A stretch of 64,000 nucleotides of DNA from Gallionellaceae bacterium (GCA_031400735.1 JANNQM010000066.1:8867-72866), one strand, 5' to 3'. Numbered from the stretch's first letter, positions 28,497 to 40,548 are shown. The notes: a model not told the origin generated them from the sequence alone. A program made the numbers and translations.

Positions 28497-29291
28497 ATGC
28501 TGACACATCCACAATTTGATCCTATCGCCTTGCAGTTAGGGCCGTTGGCCATCCATTGGTATGGTTTAATGTATTTGCTGGGTTTTGCGCTTTTTTTGTG
28601 GTTAGGCAAACGACGCCTGCGCACCCTTAATCGCCCGGGCTGGGATAACCGAATGCTGGATGACCTGCTTTTCTTTGGCGTACTCGGGGTGGTGCTGGGG
28701 GGAAGGTTAGGCGAGGTGCTGTTTTATCACCCCGAATATTATTTGAATAATCCTTCCTCAATCCTGGCCATCTGGCAAGGCGGAATGTCCTTCCATGGCG
28801 GATTTTTGGGGGTGCTGCTGGCGATGGCGATTTTTGCTTATAAGCGCAAAATTTCCTGGCTGCAACTGATGGATTTCATTGCGCCGTTAGTGCCCCTGGG
28901 GTTAGGCGCGGGACGCATCGGCAATTTCATCAATGCTGAACTATGGGGGCGACCGACAAACAGCGCGTGGGGCATGATCTTCCCTCAGGTCGATAATGTG
29001 CCCCGGCATCCCTCGCAGCTTTATGAGTTCGCGCTGGAAGGCCTGGCGTTGTTTGTGTTGTTGTGGCTGTATTCCAGCAAACCGCGCCCGGCAGGTGCAG
29101 TATCGGGCCTGTTCCTGATAGGCTACGGCAGCTTCCGTTTTCTGGCGGAATTTACCCGCAATCCGGATCAGGGCATCTTCGGCCTGATGACCTTGGGTAT
29201 CAGCATGGGCCAATGGCTGAGCCTGCCTATGGTTATTGCGGGAGTGGTCATGATGACATGGGCGTACCGAAAACCTCGGACTACAAAATAA
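28497..29291 (+). CDS. lgt: Prolipoprotein diacylglyceryl transferase
   Basis: [24 protein letters not shown]...[16 protein letters not shown] is the canonical Lgt pattern. Confidence 0.93.
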   Translation: MLTHPQFDPIALQLGPLAIHWYGLMYLLGFALFLWLGKRRLRTLNRPGWDNRMLDDLLFFGVLGVVLGGRLGEVLFYHPEYYLNNPSSILAIWQGGMSFHGGFLGVLLAMAIFAYKRKISWLQLMDFIAPLVPLGLGAGRIGNFINAELWGRPTNSAWGMIFPQVDNVPRHPSQLYEFALEGLALFVLLWLYSSKPRPAGAVSGLFLIGYGSFRFLAEFTRNPDQGIFGLMTLGISMGQWLSLPMVIAGVVMMTWAYRKPRTTK

Positions 29292-29373
29292 ACCCTATGC
29301 TATTAGGTCGGGTTATGTTGTCGATAATTAGGTAAAATTGCGGGTATTGAGTTATATGGTTATGGGATCAGGA

Positions 29374-29793
29374 ATGATAAGAAAATTTAGTAAGTACGCT
29401 GGCTTTACCTTGCTGGAATTGCTGGTTGTGATTGTCATCATCGGGTTGCTGGCCGGCTATGTCGGTCCGCGTTACTTTGCCCAGGTCGGCAAATCAGAAA
29501 TCAAGGTGGCGCAAGCGCAAATAGATGGGCTAGGCAAGGCCTTGGATCAGTACCGGCTTGATACCGGGCATTATCCGTCGATAGAGCAAGGGCTGGCGGC
29601 ATTGACCGTGCGCCCGGCCGAAGAGTCGAAATGGGATGGCCCGTATTTGAAAAAAGCCGCCCCGCTTGATCCCTGGGATCAGCCCTACCGTTATCGCTAT
29701 CCCGGTGAGCATGGCGATTATGACCTGTTCTCTTATGGCAAGGATGGCCGCGAGGGTGGCACCGGAGACAATGCTGACATCGTCAATTGGTAA
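29374..29793 (+). CDS. gspG: Type II secretion major pseudopilin GspG
   Basis: Prepilin leader plus GFTLLELLVVIVIIGLLA, and a GspG core (DGPYL...DPWDQPYRY...GDYDLFSYGKDG). Start uncertain among 29356, 29362 and 29374. Confidence 0.88.
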   Translation: MIRKFSKYAGFTLLELLVVIVIIGLLAGYVGPRYFAQVGKSEIKVAQAQIDGLGKALDQYRLDTGHYPSIEQGLAALTVRPAEESKWDGPYLKKAAPLDPWDQPYRYRYPGEHGDYDLFSYGKDGREGGTGDNADIVNW

Positions 29794-29796
29794 GTT

Positions 29797-30981
29797 ATGC
29801 GTTATTCACTGAAAGCGCTGCGCGAGCCTAACCAGGTTTCTGTGCTGGACATTGATGCTGCGGACGAAGATGCGGCGCGCAAGCTGGCCATCCAGCAAGG
29901 CTATGTGGTATTGGCGGTCAAATCTGTCGGCCTGGCCCGTTCGTGGAACCTAAGCAAAAAATTTCCGCTGCCGCTATTCAGCCAGGAAATGCTGGCGTTG
30001 ATGTCTGCCGGCCTGTCGTTGGTGGAAACGCTGGAGGCGATCGCCGAAAAAGAGGCCAGCCCGGAAAACCGCAAAGTATTTGAAGGATTGCTTAACCGGT
30101 TGCGTCAGGGGCTGACTTTTTCTGCGGCGCTGGAAAGTTTTCCTGATCAGTTTCCGGTGTTGTATGTGGCCATGATACGCGCCAGCGAACGCACTGGTGA
30201 CCTGCCTGAAGCGTTGCGGCGCTACCTGACCTATTGGGAACAGTCGGACAAGGTCCGCACCAAAATTGTCAGCGCTTCCATTTATCCAGCCGTCATTGTT
30301 TGCGTTGGCGCGCTGGTTACCCTCTTTTTAATGTTTTATGTAGTGCCGCGCTTCAGCCGCATCTATGACGACATACGCGGCGAAGTACCGTTCCTGTCAT
30401 TGCTGTTGATGAACTGGGGCAAGTTCGTCGAAGAAAACTGGATTGTGGCGTTAGTGGTGGGCGGGGGGTTGGTATCCGCAATCATTTTCATGGTGGCGCG
30501 GCCGCAAGGGCGCGCATTTCTGGCGCGCATGGTGATGCGCATTCCGGCGTTAAGCGAACGCGCGCGCATTTACGAGCTGGCTCGCCTGTACCGCACATTA
30601 GGCATGTTGCTGCGCGGCGGCATTCCAGTCCTGCAGGCGATTGAAATGTCTTCCGGGCTGATCGGCACTGAATTGCGCGCCAGTTTGCAAGACGCCTCGG
30701 CCAGAATTCGTGAAGGCATGTTGATGTCGCGCGCGATGGAAGAACACGGTCTGACTACCGCAGTGGCCCTGCGCCTGTTGCGGGTAGGCGAGCGCACCGG
30801 CCATATGGGCGACATGCTGGAGCGCATCGCGGCTTTCCATGATGAGGAGCTGGCACGCTGGGTAGACTGGTTTACCCGCTTGTTTGAACCGATATTAATG
30901 GCGCTGATCGGGATCATTATCGGCGGCGTCGTAATCCTGATGTACATGCCGATCTTTGAGCTAGCGGGCAGCATTCAGTAG
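29797..30981 (+). CDS. gspF: Type II secretion system F-family inner-membrane platform protein
   Basis: 394 aa with two T2SF repeats and three TM helices. C-terminal MPIFELAGSIQ is typical of GspF/PilC. Confidence 0.85.
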   Translation: MRYSLKALREPNQVSVLDIDAADEDAARKLAIQQGYVVLAVKSVGLARSWNLSKKFPLPLFSQEMLALMSAGLSLVETLEAIAEKEASPENRKVFEGLLNRLRQGLTFSAALESFPDQFPVLYVAMIRASERTGDLPEALRRYLTYWEQSDKVRTKIVSASIYPAVIVCVGALVTLFLMFYVVPRFSRIYDDIRGEVPFLSLLLMNWGKFVEENWIVALVVGGGLVSAIIFMVARPQGRAFLARMVMRIPALSERARIYELARLYRTLGMLLRGGIPVLQAIEMSSGLIGTELRASLQDASARIREGMLMSRAMEEHGLTTAVALRLLRVGERTGHMGDMLERIAAFHDEELARWVDWFTRLFEPILMALIGIIIGGVVILMYMPIFELAGSIQ

Positions 30982-31007
30982 CGTTTGTTCAGCCCGAGGA
31001 ATATCCG

Positions 31008-31964
31008 ATGCTTTATGCATTTTCACTTACCAACGGCCATTTAAGCCCGATTAATCTGGGCAAAGGCACCTCTGCTTCCGATCAGCCGGTCTGGATTGAT
31101 GCGGTCGACCCCACCGAGGAAGAACGCGAGTGGGTGCAAAGCACCTATCAGCTGACCTTACCCCAGCCCACACACCTGCGCGATATTGAAGCCAGCGCAC
31201 GCTTTTACGAAGAAAATGGCCAGCTGCATTTGCGCTCGGATTTTTTGCTGGGCACCGAGAGCCGTTCACGCAGTATCGCTGTTGGATTTGTGCTGTTGGG
31301 TGGCGTTTTATTCAGCATCCACGAAGTGGATTTGCCGGTATTCCAGCAATTGCGCATGCTTAACCATGCCCAATCCGGTGATGTGGAAAACTGCAACGAC
31401 GTATTGATTGATTTATATTCGCTGGACGTGGAATATTCGGCAGACGCGCTGGAAGGGGTCTATGCCGACCTGGGAAAGGTCAGCCACCAGGTGCTGGCCA
31501 ACAGCCTCAGTAATGAACAGGCAGCCAACGTGCTGGCCAACATCGCCCACGCCGAACATCTCAACAGCCGCATTCGGCGCAATGTGATGGACACACGCCG
31601 TGCCGTTTCTTTTTTAATGCGCAGCAGACGGCTCAGCGCGCAACAAATGGAAGAATCAACTCAGGTCATGCATGACATCGAATCACTGGATGGCCATACC
31701 GCCTTTCTGTTCGACAAGATTAATTTTCTGATGAGCGTCAACGTCGGTTTCATCAACATCAACCAGAACAAAATCGTGCGCCTGTTCTCGGTGTCCTCGG
31801 TCGCACTGCTGCCACCGGTATTGGTGGCGTCCATCTATGGCATGAACTTCGAACACATGCCGGAGCTGCAGTGGATATTGGGCTACCCGTTTGCGCTGTT
31901 GCTGATGGCGCTATCGGTAGCCGTGCCGTTCTGGATTTTTTCGCGCAAGGGTTGGCTGAAATAG
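31008..31964 (+). CDS. corA: Magnesium/cobalt transporter CorA
   Basis: YGMNFEHMPEL (GMN motif) between two C-terminal TM helices. 318 aa. Confidence 0.88.
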   Translation: MLYAFSLTNGHLSPINLGKGTSASDQPVWIDAVDPTEEEREWVQSTYQLTLPQPTHLRDIEASARFYEENGQLHLRSDFLLGTESRSRSIAVGFVLLGGVLFSIHEVDLPVFQQLRMLNHAQSGDVENCNDVLIDLYSLDVEYSADALEGVYADLGKVSHQVLANSLSNEQAANVLANIAHAEHLNSRIRRNVMDTRRAVSFLMRSRRLSAQQMEESTQVMHDIESLDGHTAFLFDKINFLMSVNVGFININQNKIVRLFSVSSVALLPPVLVASIYGMNFEHMPELQWILGYPFALLLMALSVAVPFWIFSRKGWLK

Positions 31965-31975
31965 ATCGACGCACG

Positions 31976-32839
31976 TTATTGACGCAAATAATCCAGCGCA
32001 ATCCCGGCAAATACCGCCAGACCAAACCAGTTGTTATGCAGAAATGCCTTGAAGCATTTCTCGCGCTGGCGGTGTTTGATCAAGGTGTAGTGATACAACG
32101 CAATCCCGCCAGCCGTCAGCAAACCCATGAAATACACCCATCCCATGCCTGTTATTTGCCCTGCCAGGACGAGTAAAATTAACGCCATCGAGTAACACAC
32201 CATCACCGCTGCCACATCGTATTTCCCAAACAACAGTGCCGAAGAATGAATGCCCAGAGGGATATCATCCTCCCGGTCCACCATCGCATATTCGGTGTCG
32301 TAAGCAATCGCCCAAAAAATATTCGCCACCAGCAGCAGCCACGCCACCAGCGGCACACTGCCTTGCTGTGCGGCAAACGCCATCGGAATGCCGAAACCAA
32401 ACGCAATGCCGAGATAAGCTTGCGGTAACGCAAAAAATCGTTTGGTAAATGGATAGCTGGCGGCCAGGAACAGCGCCGGAATGGAAAGCAACAGCGTCAG
32501 GTTATTCAGCGGCAGTATCAGCAAAAAAGCCAGCAAGGCCAGTGCCGCCGCCAACCACAACGCCTCGCGCGGGGCAATGCGTCCGCTGGTAATGGGCCGC
32601 TGCCGCGTGCGTTGCACATGGCGGTCAAAATCCCGGTCGGCATAGTCGTTGATTACGCATCCCGCTGAGCGCATCAACACCGTGCCCAGCACAAAGATCA
32701 GCACGACATGCCACGCCGGATGGCCGTGGCCCGCGATCCACACCCCCCATAGCGTCGGCCACAGCAGTAGCAAAATCCCGATTGGTCGATTTAACCGGGT
32801 GAGCTGCAGGTAGAGCAATAGCCGTTGGGACAGGTTCAT
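31976..32839 (-). CDS. ubiA: 4-hydroxybenzoate octaprenyltransferase
   Basis: UbiA prenyltransferase motifs ([22 protein letters not shown]). 287 aa. Confidence 0.92.
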   Translation of the reverse strand: MNLSQRLLLYLQLTRLNRPIGILLLLWPTLWGVWIAGHGHPAWHVVLIFVLGTVLMRSAGCVINDYADRDFDRHVQRTRQRPITSGRIAPREALWLAAALALLAFLLILPLNNLTLLLSIPALFLAASYPFTKRFFALPQAYLGIAFGFGIPMAFAAQQGSVPLVAWLLLVANIFWAIAYDTEYAMVDREDDIPLGIHSSALLFGKYDVAAVMVCYSMALILLVLAGQITGMGWVYFMGLLTAGGIALYHYTLIKHRQREKCFKAFLHNNWFGLAVFAGIALDYLRQ

Positions 32840-32954
32840 GCTGTGATTTTACTCTGCCCCGCGATTCTCGCGCAGCCGACCGCGAGAAAAACTCCACTTA
32901 ATTATCCGTCCGTATTATTATGCGCGTGCAACAACCCTATACAAGGAGAGCATC

Positions 32955-33026
32955 ATGGCTAAAGGTCAGCAACGGAAAACCAAAGAAGCAAAAAAACCCA
33001 AAAAACAACCGACGCCCGTCAAATAA
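32955..33026 (+). CDS. Candidate 23-aa lysine-rich small protein
   Basis: AAGGAG RBS 7 nt before the ATG. Translates to MAKGQQRKTKEAKKPKKQPTPVK. Below the ORF-track size cut-off. Confidence 0.35.
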   Translation: MAKGQQRKTKEAKKPKKQPTPVK

Positions 33027-33151
33027 CTGCCCGATTTGATCGGGGGCACGCTCGCAAAATAAGACACGGCCGGGTTGTCGGGACGGCTTGCCTGGTTGAG
33101 TAACACTAGATTATTTCGCTCTGCGAAAGGTCGGCCTATGAGCAACAGAAT

Positions 33152-33703
33152 ATGAGCCCATTCATCACTTTCGCATTGGGTTCTGCGTTTTTTGTTTATG
33201 TTTCGCGCAAGACGCTATTACGCCTGCACTCCCATGGTTTCTACCGCTTCTTTGCCTGGGAATGTATCTTGGTGCTGGTGATACTGAATTTTCCACATTG
33301 GACCGTCAATCCGCTCTCTCCCCACCAGCTCATTTCATGGCTGTTTATACTCATCTCCATCTTTCTGGTGATTCATGGCGTGCGCCTGCTCCAGCTGATC
33401 GGCCAACCCGATCAAAATCGGCTAGACAACGAGTTGCTGGGCTTTGAAAAAACCACCCGGCTGGTTACCGTAGGCGCCTACAAATACATCCGCCACCCAC
33501 TTTATTCTTCGCTGCTGTTTCTGGCGTGGGGGGTATTTTTCAAACAGCCTGCCTCATTACCCGGTTTGCTGTTAGCAGTGACCGCATCCATTTTTCTGCT
33601 GCTTACGGCCAAGAGCGATGAGTCTGAGTGCCTGCGGCATTTTGGGGAGGAGTATCAAACTTATATGCTAGGAACTAAAAGGTTTGTTCCGTTTTTGTTT
33701 TAA
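33152..33703 (+). CDS. Isoprenylcysteine carboxyl methyltransferase (ICMT/PEMT-like) family membrane protein
   Basis: Multi-TM protein with LVTVGAYKYIRHPLYSS...E.YQTYM...RFVPFLF, typical of the ICMT family. Confidence 0.75.
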   Translation: MSPFITFALGSAFFVYVSRKTLLRLHSHGFYRFFAWECILVLVILNFPHWTVNPLSPHQLISWLFILISIFLVIHGVRLLQLIGQPDQNRLDNELLGFEKTTRLVTVGAYKYIRHPLYSSLLFLAWGVFFKQPASLPGLLLAVTASIFLLLTAKSDESECLRHFGEEYQTYMLGTKRFVPFLF

Positions 33704-33730
33704 TGCGCTAAAACGATCCACCCCCCTTGT

Positions 33731-34232
33731 TCACGAACGAACAAATTCCAGCAAGGCGGAATAATCCCGCTTGTCTGCTGTCTGCAAAGCATCAATATAC
33801 TTTCGCCGCACGTCACCTGCGCCAGCCAGATTATCCGCTCCCCAGGTAAATCTATCCGCGCCATGCTGTACCAGCAGCAAGTCTGCCATGGTGCGCGCAA
33901 AGCGGCCGTTGCCATTGGCGTAGGGATGGATTGCCACCAGGCGATGGCTGAATGTGCAATGGATCAATGCCTATGCTTTTTTCCGTCGTCCGAAAAGTCC
34001 CCGCCCATTGCCATGTATTGCCAAACATGCGTTTGTGCAGCCGCCGAATAAAGTCGATCTCGAGTATGTTCTTAGGTTTGCGAGAGAATGCCCATAGCTC
34101 ACCCTCTAGAATATTGGCCATCTCCCACTCATTCAACTGCGCATTGTTGGAGATGTGCGAGGGAATCAATCCGGCGGCCTCGTCCGGGTCAAGCGGCGTT
34201 GCATCGAACGGATAAGCAAATTTTATTGCCAT
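33731..34232 (-). pseudogene. Fic-domain 'mobile mystery protein B', disrupted by a frameshift and apparent internal deletion
   Basis: The N-terminal ORF (34232-33852) ends ...WAGTFRTTEKSIGIDP. The Fic motif HPYANGNGR lies in another frame (33967-33731). The gap between the two blocks is too short for an intact Fic core. Confidence 0.75.
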
Positions 34233-34687
34233 AATTTCCGTGGGCTGTCGCGTAACAGGGTTTCAGCTAATAGCTTACGTTGACGCTTCCGTTCGTCCGC
34301 GCTTACGCCTTGCGCTTCAAGTTTCATCGAATGGTCCGTCGATTTCAGCAATTCCTCCGCTCTTGTATTGGCCTGATGTTCACGCAAAGCCTCCAGCGAT
34401 CCGCTTTCCGGTACCAGCGAATACACCACGCGACATTTCATCGCTCGAGCCAGCCGATCCAGGCTGTCCAGTGTAATCCGGTGCTCGGCCTCTGCCTTTT
34501 CCAGGTCTTGCACCGACTGGCGGCTGACCCCTACCCGCAAACCTAATTGCACTTGGGTCATCCCCAGCGCTTCGCGAATTGCCCTAACCCATCCGCCATG
34601 TGGTGGGTTTGCACTATCGGGCGCAGGATAATTGCTTAGGACATCGTCTAGTTGTAAACGCTTTAAGGTAATTTTGTCGGCAATCAT
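34223..34687 (-). CDS. XRE-type HTH 'mobile mystery protein A'
   Basis: HTH IREALGMTQVQLGLRVGVSRQSVQDLE. Its 3' end overlaps the start of the Fic partner gene by 10 nt. GGAG RBS. Confidence 0.8.
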   Translation of the reverse strand: MIADKITLKRLQLDDVLSNYPAPDSANPPHGGWVRAIREALGMTQVQLGLRVGVSRQSVQDLEKAEAEHRITLDSLDRLARAMKCRVVYSLVPESGSLEALREHQANTRAEELLKSTDHSMKLEAQGVSADERKRQRKLLAETLLRDSPRKLWQ

Positions 34688-34698
34688 CGCATCTCCTA

Positions 34699-34778
34699 GC
34701 AGGGTATAGCCTGCTTTTTGTCATAATTATGCCGGTTATAGCTTGCTTTTGTCAAGGTTAATGCAGGTTATAGCCTGC
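34699..34778. repeat. Three 16-bp imperfect palindromes spaced exactly 32 bp apart (putative operator array)
   Basis: GCAGGGTATAGCCTGC (34699), GCCGGTTATAGCTTGC (34731), GCAGGTTATAGCCTGC (34763). The array lies directly upstream of the mobile mystery protein A start. Confidence 0.75.
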
Positions 34779-34790
34779 TACATGATGGGT

Positions 34791-36761
34791 TTAAGCATGC
34801 AAATAATCCTGCTTATTTGCCATCCACCGTTGCAAATGCGCCTGCGCCTGTTGCGGAAAATCGCGCAGCATTTCGTCTGCAACCTCGCGCGCGCTATTTA
34901 GCAAAATAATATCTTCGCTGACATCGGCGAAGCGCAGCATAGGCACGCCGCTCTGGGCTGCGCCCAGTAATTCACCAGGGCCGCGCAGACGTAAGTCGTG
35001 TTGGGCGATTTCAAAACCGTCGGTGTTCTGGTAAATAATTTTCAGGCGTTCGCGCGCCAGTTCGGACAGCGGTTGCTGGAACAACAATATGCACAGGCTT
35101 TGCTCGGTGCCGCGCCCGACACGGCCGCGTAGCTGGTGCAGTTGCGCCAGGCCCATGCGCTCGGCGTGTTCTATCACCATCAGGCTGGCGTTGGGGATGT
35201 CCACGCCGACTTCGATGACGGTGGTGGCGACCAGCAGTTGCAGCTGGCCTTGTTTGAATGCGGCCATCACGCGCGCTTTTTCGGCGCTTTCCAGTTTGCC
35301 GTGGACTAATCCCACGCGCAGGTCCGGAAATGCCTCCGTCAATAGTTGATAGATTTCCAGCACGGTCTGCAATTGCAAGGCTTCGGATTCGTCTATCAGT
35401 GGACATACCCAGTACGCCTGTTTTCCTTCTTCACATGCCTGGCGCACACGCGCAAACACTTCTTCACGGCGGGTGTCGCTGACCAGTTTGGTAATGACCG
35501 GCGTGCGCCCCGGCGGCAATTCATCTATCGTGGATACGTCGAGGTCGGCGTAGTAGCTCATTGCCAATGTGCGCGGTATCGGTGTGGCGCTCATCATTAG
35601 CTGATGCGGTTCGTCGTTATTTTTAGCAGAGGGCGTACTTTTGGCGCGCAGCGCCAGACGTTGTTGCACGCCAAATTTGTGCTGCTCATCGACAATGACC
35701 AGCCCCAGTTTCTGGAAGCTGACCTGCTTCTGGAACAAGGCATGGGTACCTATCGCCAGCAGCGTATCGCCTTGCGCAATACTGTCGATTGCAAGTTGTT
35801 TGTCTTTTTTCTTCAGGCTGCCGGACAACCATACCGGCGTTATGCGTAGCGGCTGTAACCACGCGCGCAATTTAAGGTAGTGCTGTTTGGCCAGAATTTC
35901 GGTGGGCGACATCAGTGCTGCCTGATAGCCGTTTTCGATCGCCTGCAGCGCGGCCAGTAAGGCCACTATGGTTTTGCCGCTGCCGACATCACCTTGCAGC
36001 AAACGCTGCATGGGATGGGGTTGCGCCAGGTCATGGCTGATTTCACGCCAGGTTTCTTGTTGGGCGTGTGTCAGTTGGAACGGCAGGGCTTGCAATAGCT
36101 GTTGCGTGTAGCGATCTCGAGCAATTAAACAAGGGGCGGTGCGCTGGTGGCGCTGACGGTGATGTACACGCATCGAAAGTTGTTGCGCCAGCAATTCGTC
36201 AAATTTGATGCGCAGCCAGGCCGGATGCGCGCGCTCGGATAATTCGTTTTCGTTAATGCCGGGCGGCGGGTTGTGCAGCAGCATTACGCTGGCGGCGAAG
36301 TCTGGCAGTTGAAGGCGTTGCAGCAAGACTTGCGGCAGTGTATCGGATAAATCCAGTTCTCTGAGCGCCGCCTGAATTTTTTTACACAGCGTTGCCTGCG
36401 GCAGCCCGGCCACGGTCGGATAGATCGGCGTCATGGCCTGCTTTAATGGGGTGTCTGCGGTCGCGGCATGGCATTTTGGGTGCACCATCTCGATGCCAAA
36501 ATAACCTTCGCGCGCTTCGCCCAGCACACGAATTTGTTTGCCGACTGCCAGGCTTTTCAACTGGCTGGGATAAAAATTCAGGAAGCGCAAATACAACACG
36601 CCGCTGTCATCCTGCACCTGGCATAACAATGTGCGGCGCGGCCGGTACATTACTTCGCTGCGGATAATTTCGCCCTGGATTTGCGCGCGGGTGCCGGGCT
36701 GGAGCGTGGCAATTCGTTGCAGCGCCGTTTCGTCTTCGTAACGCAGTGGCAGGTGCAGCAC
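34791..36761 (-). CDS. recG: ATP-dependent DNA helicase RecG
   Basis: LHLPLRYEDET wedge region, GDVGSGKT, DEQH. Coordinates run from the first canonical start (GTG), but RecG-like sequence continues upstream; see findings. Confidence 0.9.
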   Translation of the reverse strand: MLHLPLRYEDETALQRIATLQPGTRAQIQGEIIRSEVMYRPRRTLLCQVQDDSGVLYLRFLNFYPSQLKSLAVGKQIRVLGEAREGYFGIEMVHPKCHAATADTPLKQAMTPIYPTVAGLPQATLCKKIQAALRELDLSDTLPQVLLQRLQLPDFAASVMLLHNPPPGINENELSERAHPAWLRIKFDELLAQQLSMRVHHRQRHQRTAPCLIARDRYTQQLLQALPFQLTHAQQETWREISHDLAQPHPMQRLLQGDVGSGKTIVALLAALQAIENGYQAALMSPTEILAKQHYLKLRAWLQPLRITPVWLSGSLKKKDKQLAIDSIAQGDTLLAIGTHALFQKQVSFQKLGLVIVDEQHKFGVQQRLALRAKSTPSAKNNDEPHQLMMSATPIPRTLAMSYYADLDVSTIDELPPGRTPVITKLVSDTRREEVFARVRQACEEGKQAYWVCPLIDESEALQLQTVLEIYQLLTEAFPDLRVGLVHGKLESAEKARVMAAFKQGQLQLLVATTVIEVGVDIPNASLMVIEHAERMGLAQLHQLRGRVGRGTEQSLCILLFQQPLSELARERLKIIYQNTDGFEIAQHDLRLRGPGELLGAAQSGVPMLRFADVSEDIILLNSAREVADEMLRDFPQQAQAHLQRWMANKQDYLHA

Positions 36762-36834
36762 CAGATCAAAGCGCGAGTGAATACCCAGTTGCGCCAGCTT
36801 GGTGTGTAGTGTTTTAGAACTGGCAGTCTTTAAT

Positions 36835-37230
36835 TTAGAAATGTTGGTCCTGCACTTGTAATATCCCGTCCATTTCCACTAACGCATCGCGCGGCAATGC
36901 TGCCACACCGACTGCTGCCCGTGCCGGGTACGGCTTATGGAAATAGGTTGCCATGATTTCGTTGACCTTGTTGAAATGGCCCAGGTCAGTCAGGTAAACA
37001 TTCAGCTTGACCATATCATTCAGGCTGCTGTCGGCCGAAACCGCCACCGCGCGCAGATTCTGGAACACACGGTGGATCTGTGCGTCAATTCCTGTGGCCA
37101 ATTGCATCGTGCTGGGGTCGAGCGCGATTTGCCCGGAAAGATAGACCGTGTTGTCTACGCGTATCGCTTGTGAGTAGGTGCCTATTGCCGCGGGCGCGTC
37201 CGGAGTTTGTATTATTTTTTTGCTGGCCAT
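36835..37230 (-). CDS. ridA: RidA/YjgF-family reactive intermediate deaminase
   Basis: [12 protein letters not shown]...[11 protein letters not shown]...[21 protein letters not shown] at 37230 with an AGGAG RBS. The longer ORF runs into the tRNA. Confidence 0.85.
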   Translation of the reverse strand: MASKKIIQTPDAPAAIGTYSQAIRVDNTVYLSGQIALDPSTMQLATGIDAQIHRVFQNLRAVAVSADSSLNDMVKLNVYLTDLGHFNKVNEIMATYFHKPYPARAAVGVAALPRDALVEMDGILQVQDQHF

Positions 37231-37274
37231 GGTGGACTCCTGTAGGTTGCCCCTGACCAGCATGGGGCAGGGAT

Positions 37275-37350
<76 letters not shown>

Positions 37351-37365
37351 GAGATTTGTTTAATG

Positions 37366-38112
37366 CTAAACAGAAATCGGAGTTTTGGAAAGTGGTCGGC
37401 TTGCAGCGCTATTGTCCAGGCCGGCTATTTTGTAAAAGTGGTGCAAGTCACTTAAGTCATCCAGCACTGCCGCAGCACCGGTAAAATTCTGGTTGCGCGT
37501 ATAGTCGTTGGTGGTAATGAAGGTCTTGATACCCGCCGCCAAACCGGATTGCAGCCCGTTTTCAGAATCTTCCAGCGCGATACATTCGTCAGGTTGCAAA
37601 TGCAAGCGCTGTAGCACCCAGTGGTAAATATCCGGCGCCGGTTTTTTTTGCGGCACGATGTCGCCGCAGCCTATCACATCGAACAGCTTTTCACTGTGCT
37701 CACCCAAGCTTTGCTGCAATAATGTTGCGACGTTTTCTGGTGAAGTAGTGGTGGCGATTGCCAACCGTACCCCGGCTTGTTTCATTTCGGTTATTAGCCG
37801 TTTAACATTGGGGCGCAGCGGAATGTCGCCGTTACGCAGCATGGCAGTGTAATGCGCGGTTTTGAGCTGGTGCAGATTTTTTATAAAGCCGTCGTAATCG
37901 GCTGGCTTGGAAAAATTGGCCAGGGTGCTTGAAATATAAAAATGGATGCGCTCCTTGCCGCCGGTTATTTTCAGCAGCTTGCCGTACAGCGCAACATCCC
38001 ACTTCCAGTCCAAACCGCTTTCGGCAAAAGCCTTGTTAAAGGCGCGGCGATGCGCATCTTCGGTATCGGCCAGCGTGCCGTCCACATCAAAAATAATGGC
38101 TTTGATAGTCAT
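37366..38112 (-). CDS. HAD-superfamily hydrolase (CbbY-like phosphatase)
   Basis: IIFDVDGTLADTE motif I with a CbbY-like cap. ATG at 38112, 16 nt after the gyrB stop. Confidence 0.8.
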   Translation of the reverse strand: MTIKAIIFDVDGTLADTEDAHRRAFNKAFAESGLDWKWDVALYGKLLKITGGKERIHFYISSTLANFSKPADYDGFIKNLHQLKTAHYTAMLRNGDIPLRPNVKRLITEMKQAGVRLAIATTTSPENVATLLQQSLGEHSEKLFDVIGCGDIVPQKKPAPDIYHWVLQRLHLQPDECIALEDSENGLQSGLAAGIKTFITTNDYTRNQNFTGAAAVLDDLSDLHHFYKIAGLDNSAASRPLSKTPISV

Positions 38113-38128
38113 AATATTTTTTCGGAAT

Positions 38129-40510
<2,382 letters not shown>

Positions 40511-40548
40511 TTATTTCTTTCAGTAAGCCGTACAAGTGGAATATTTAA

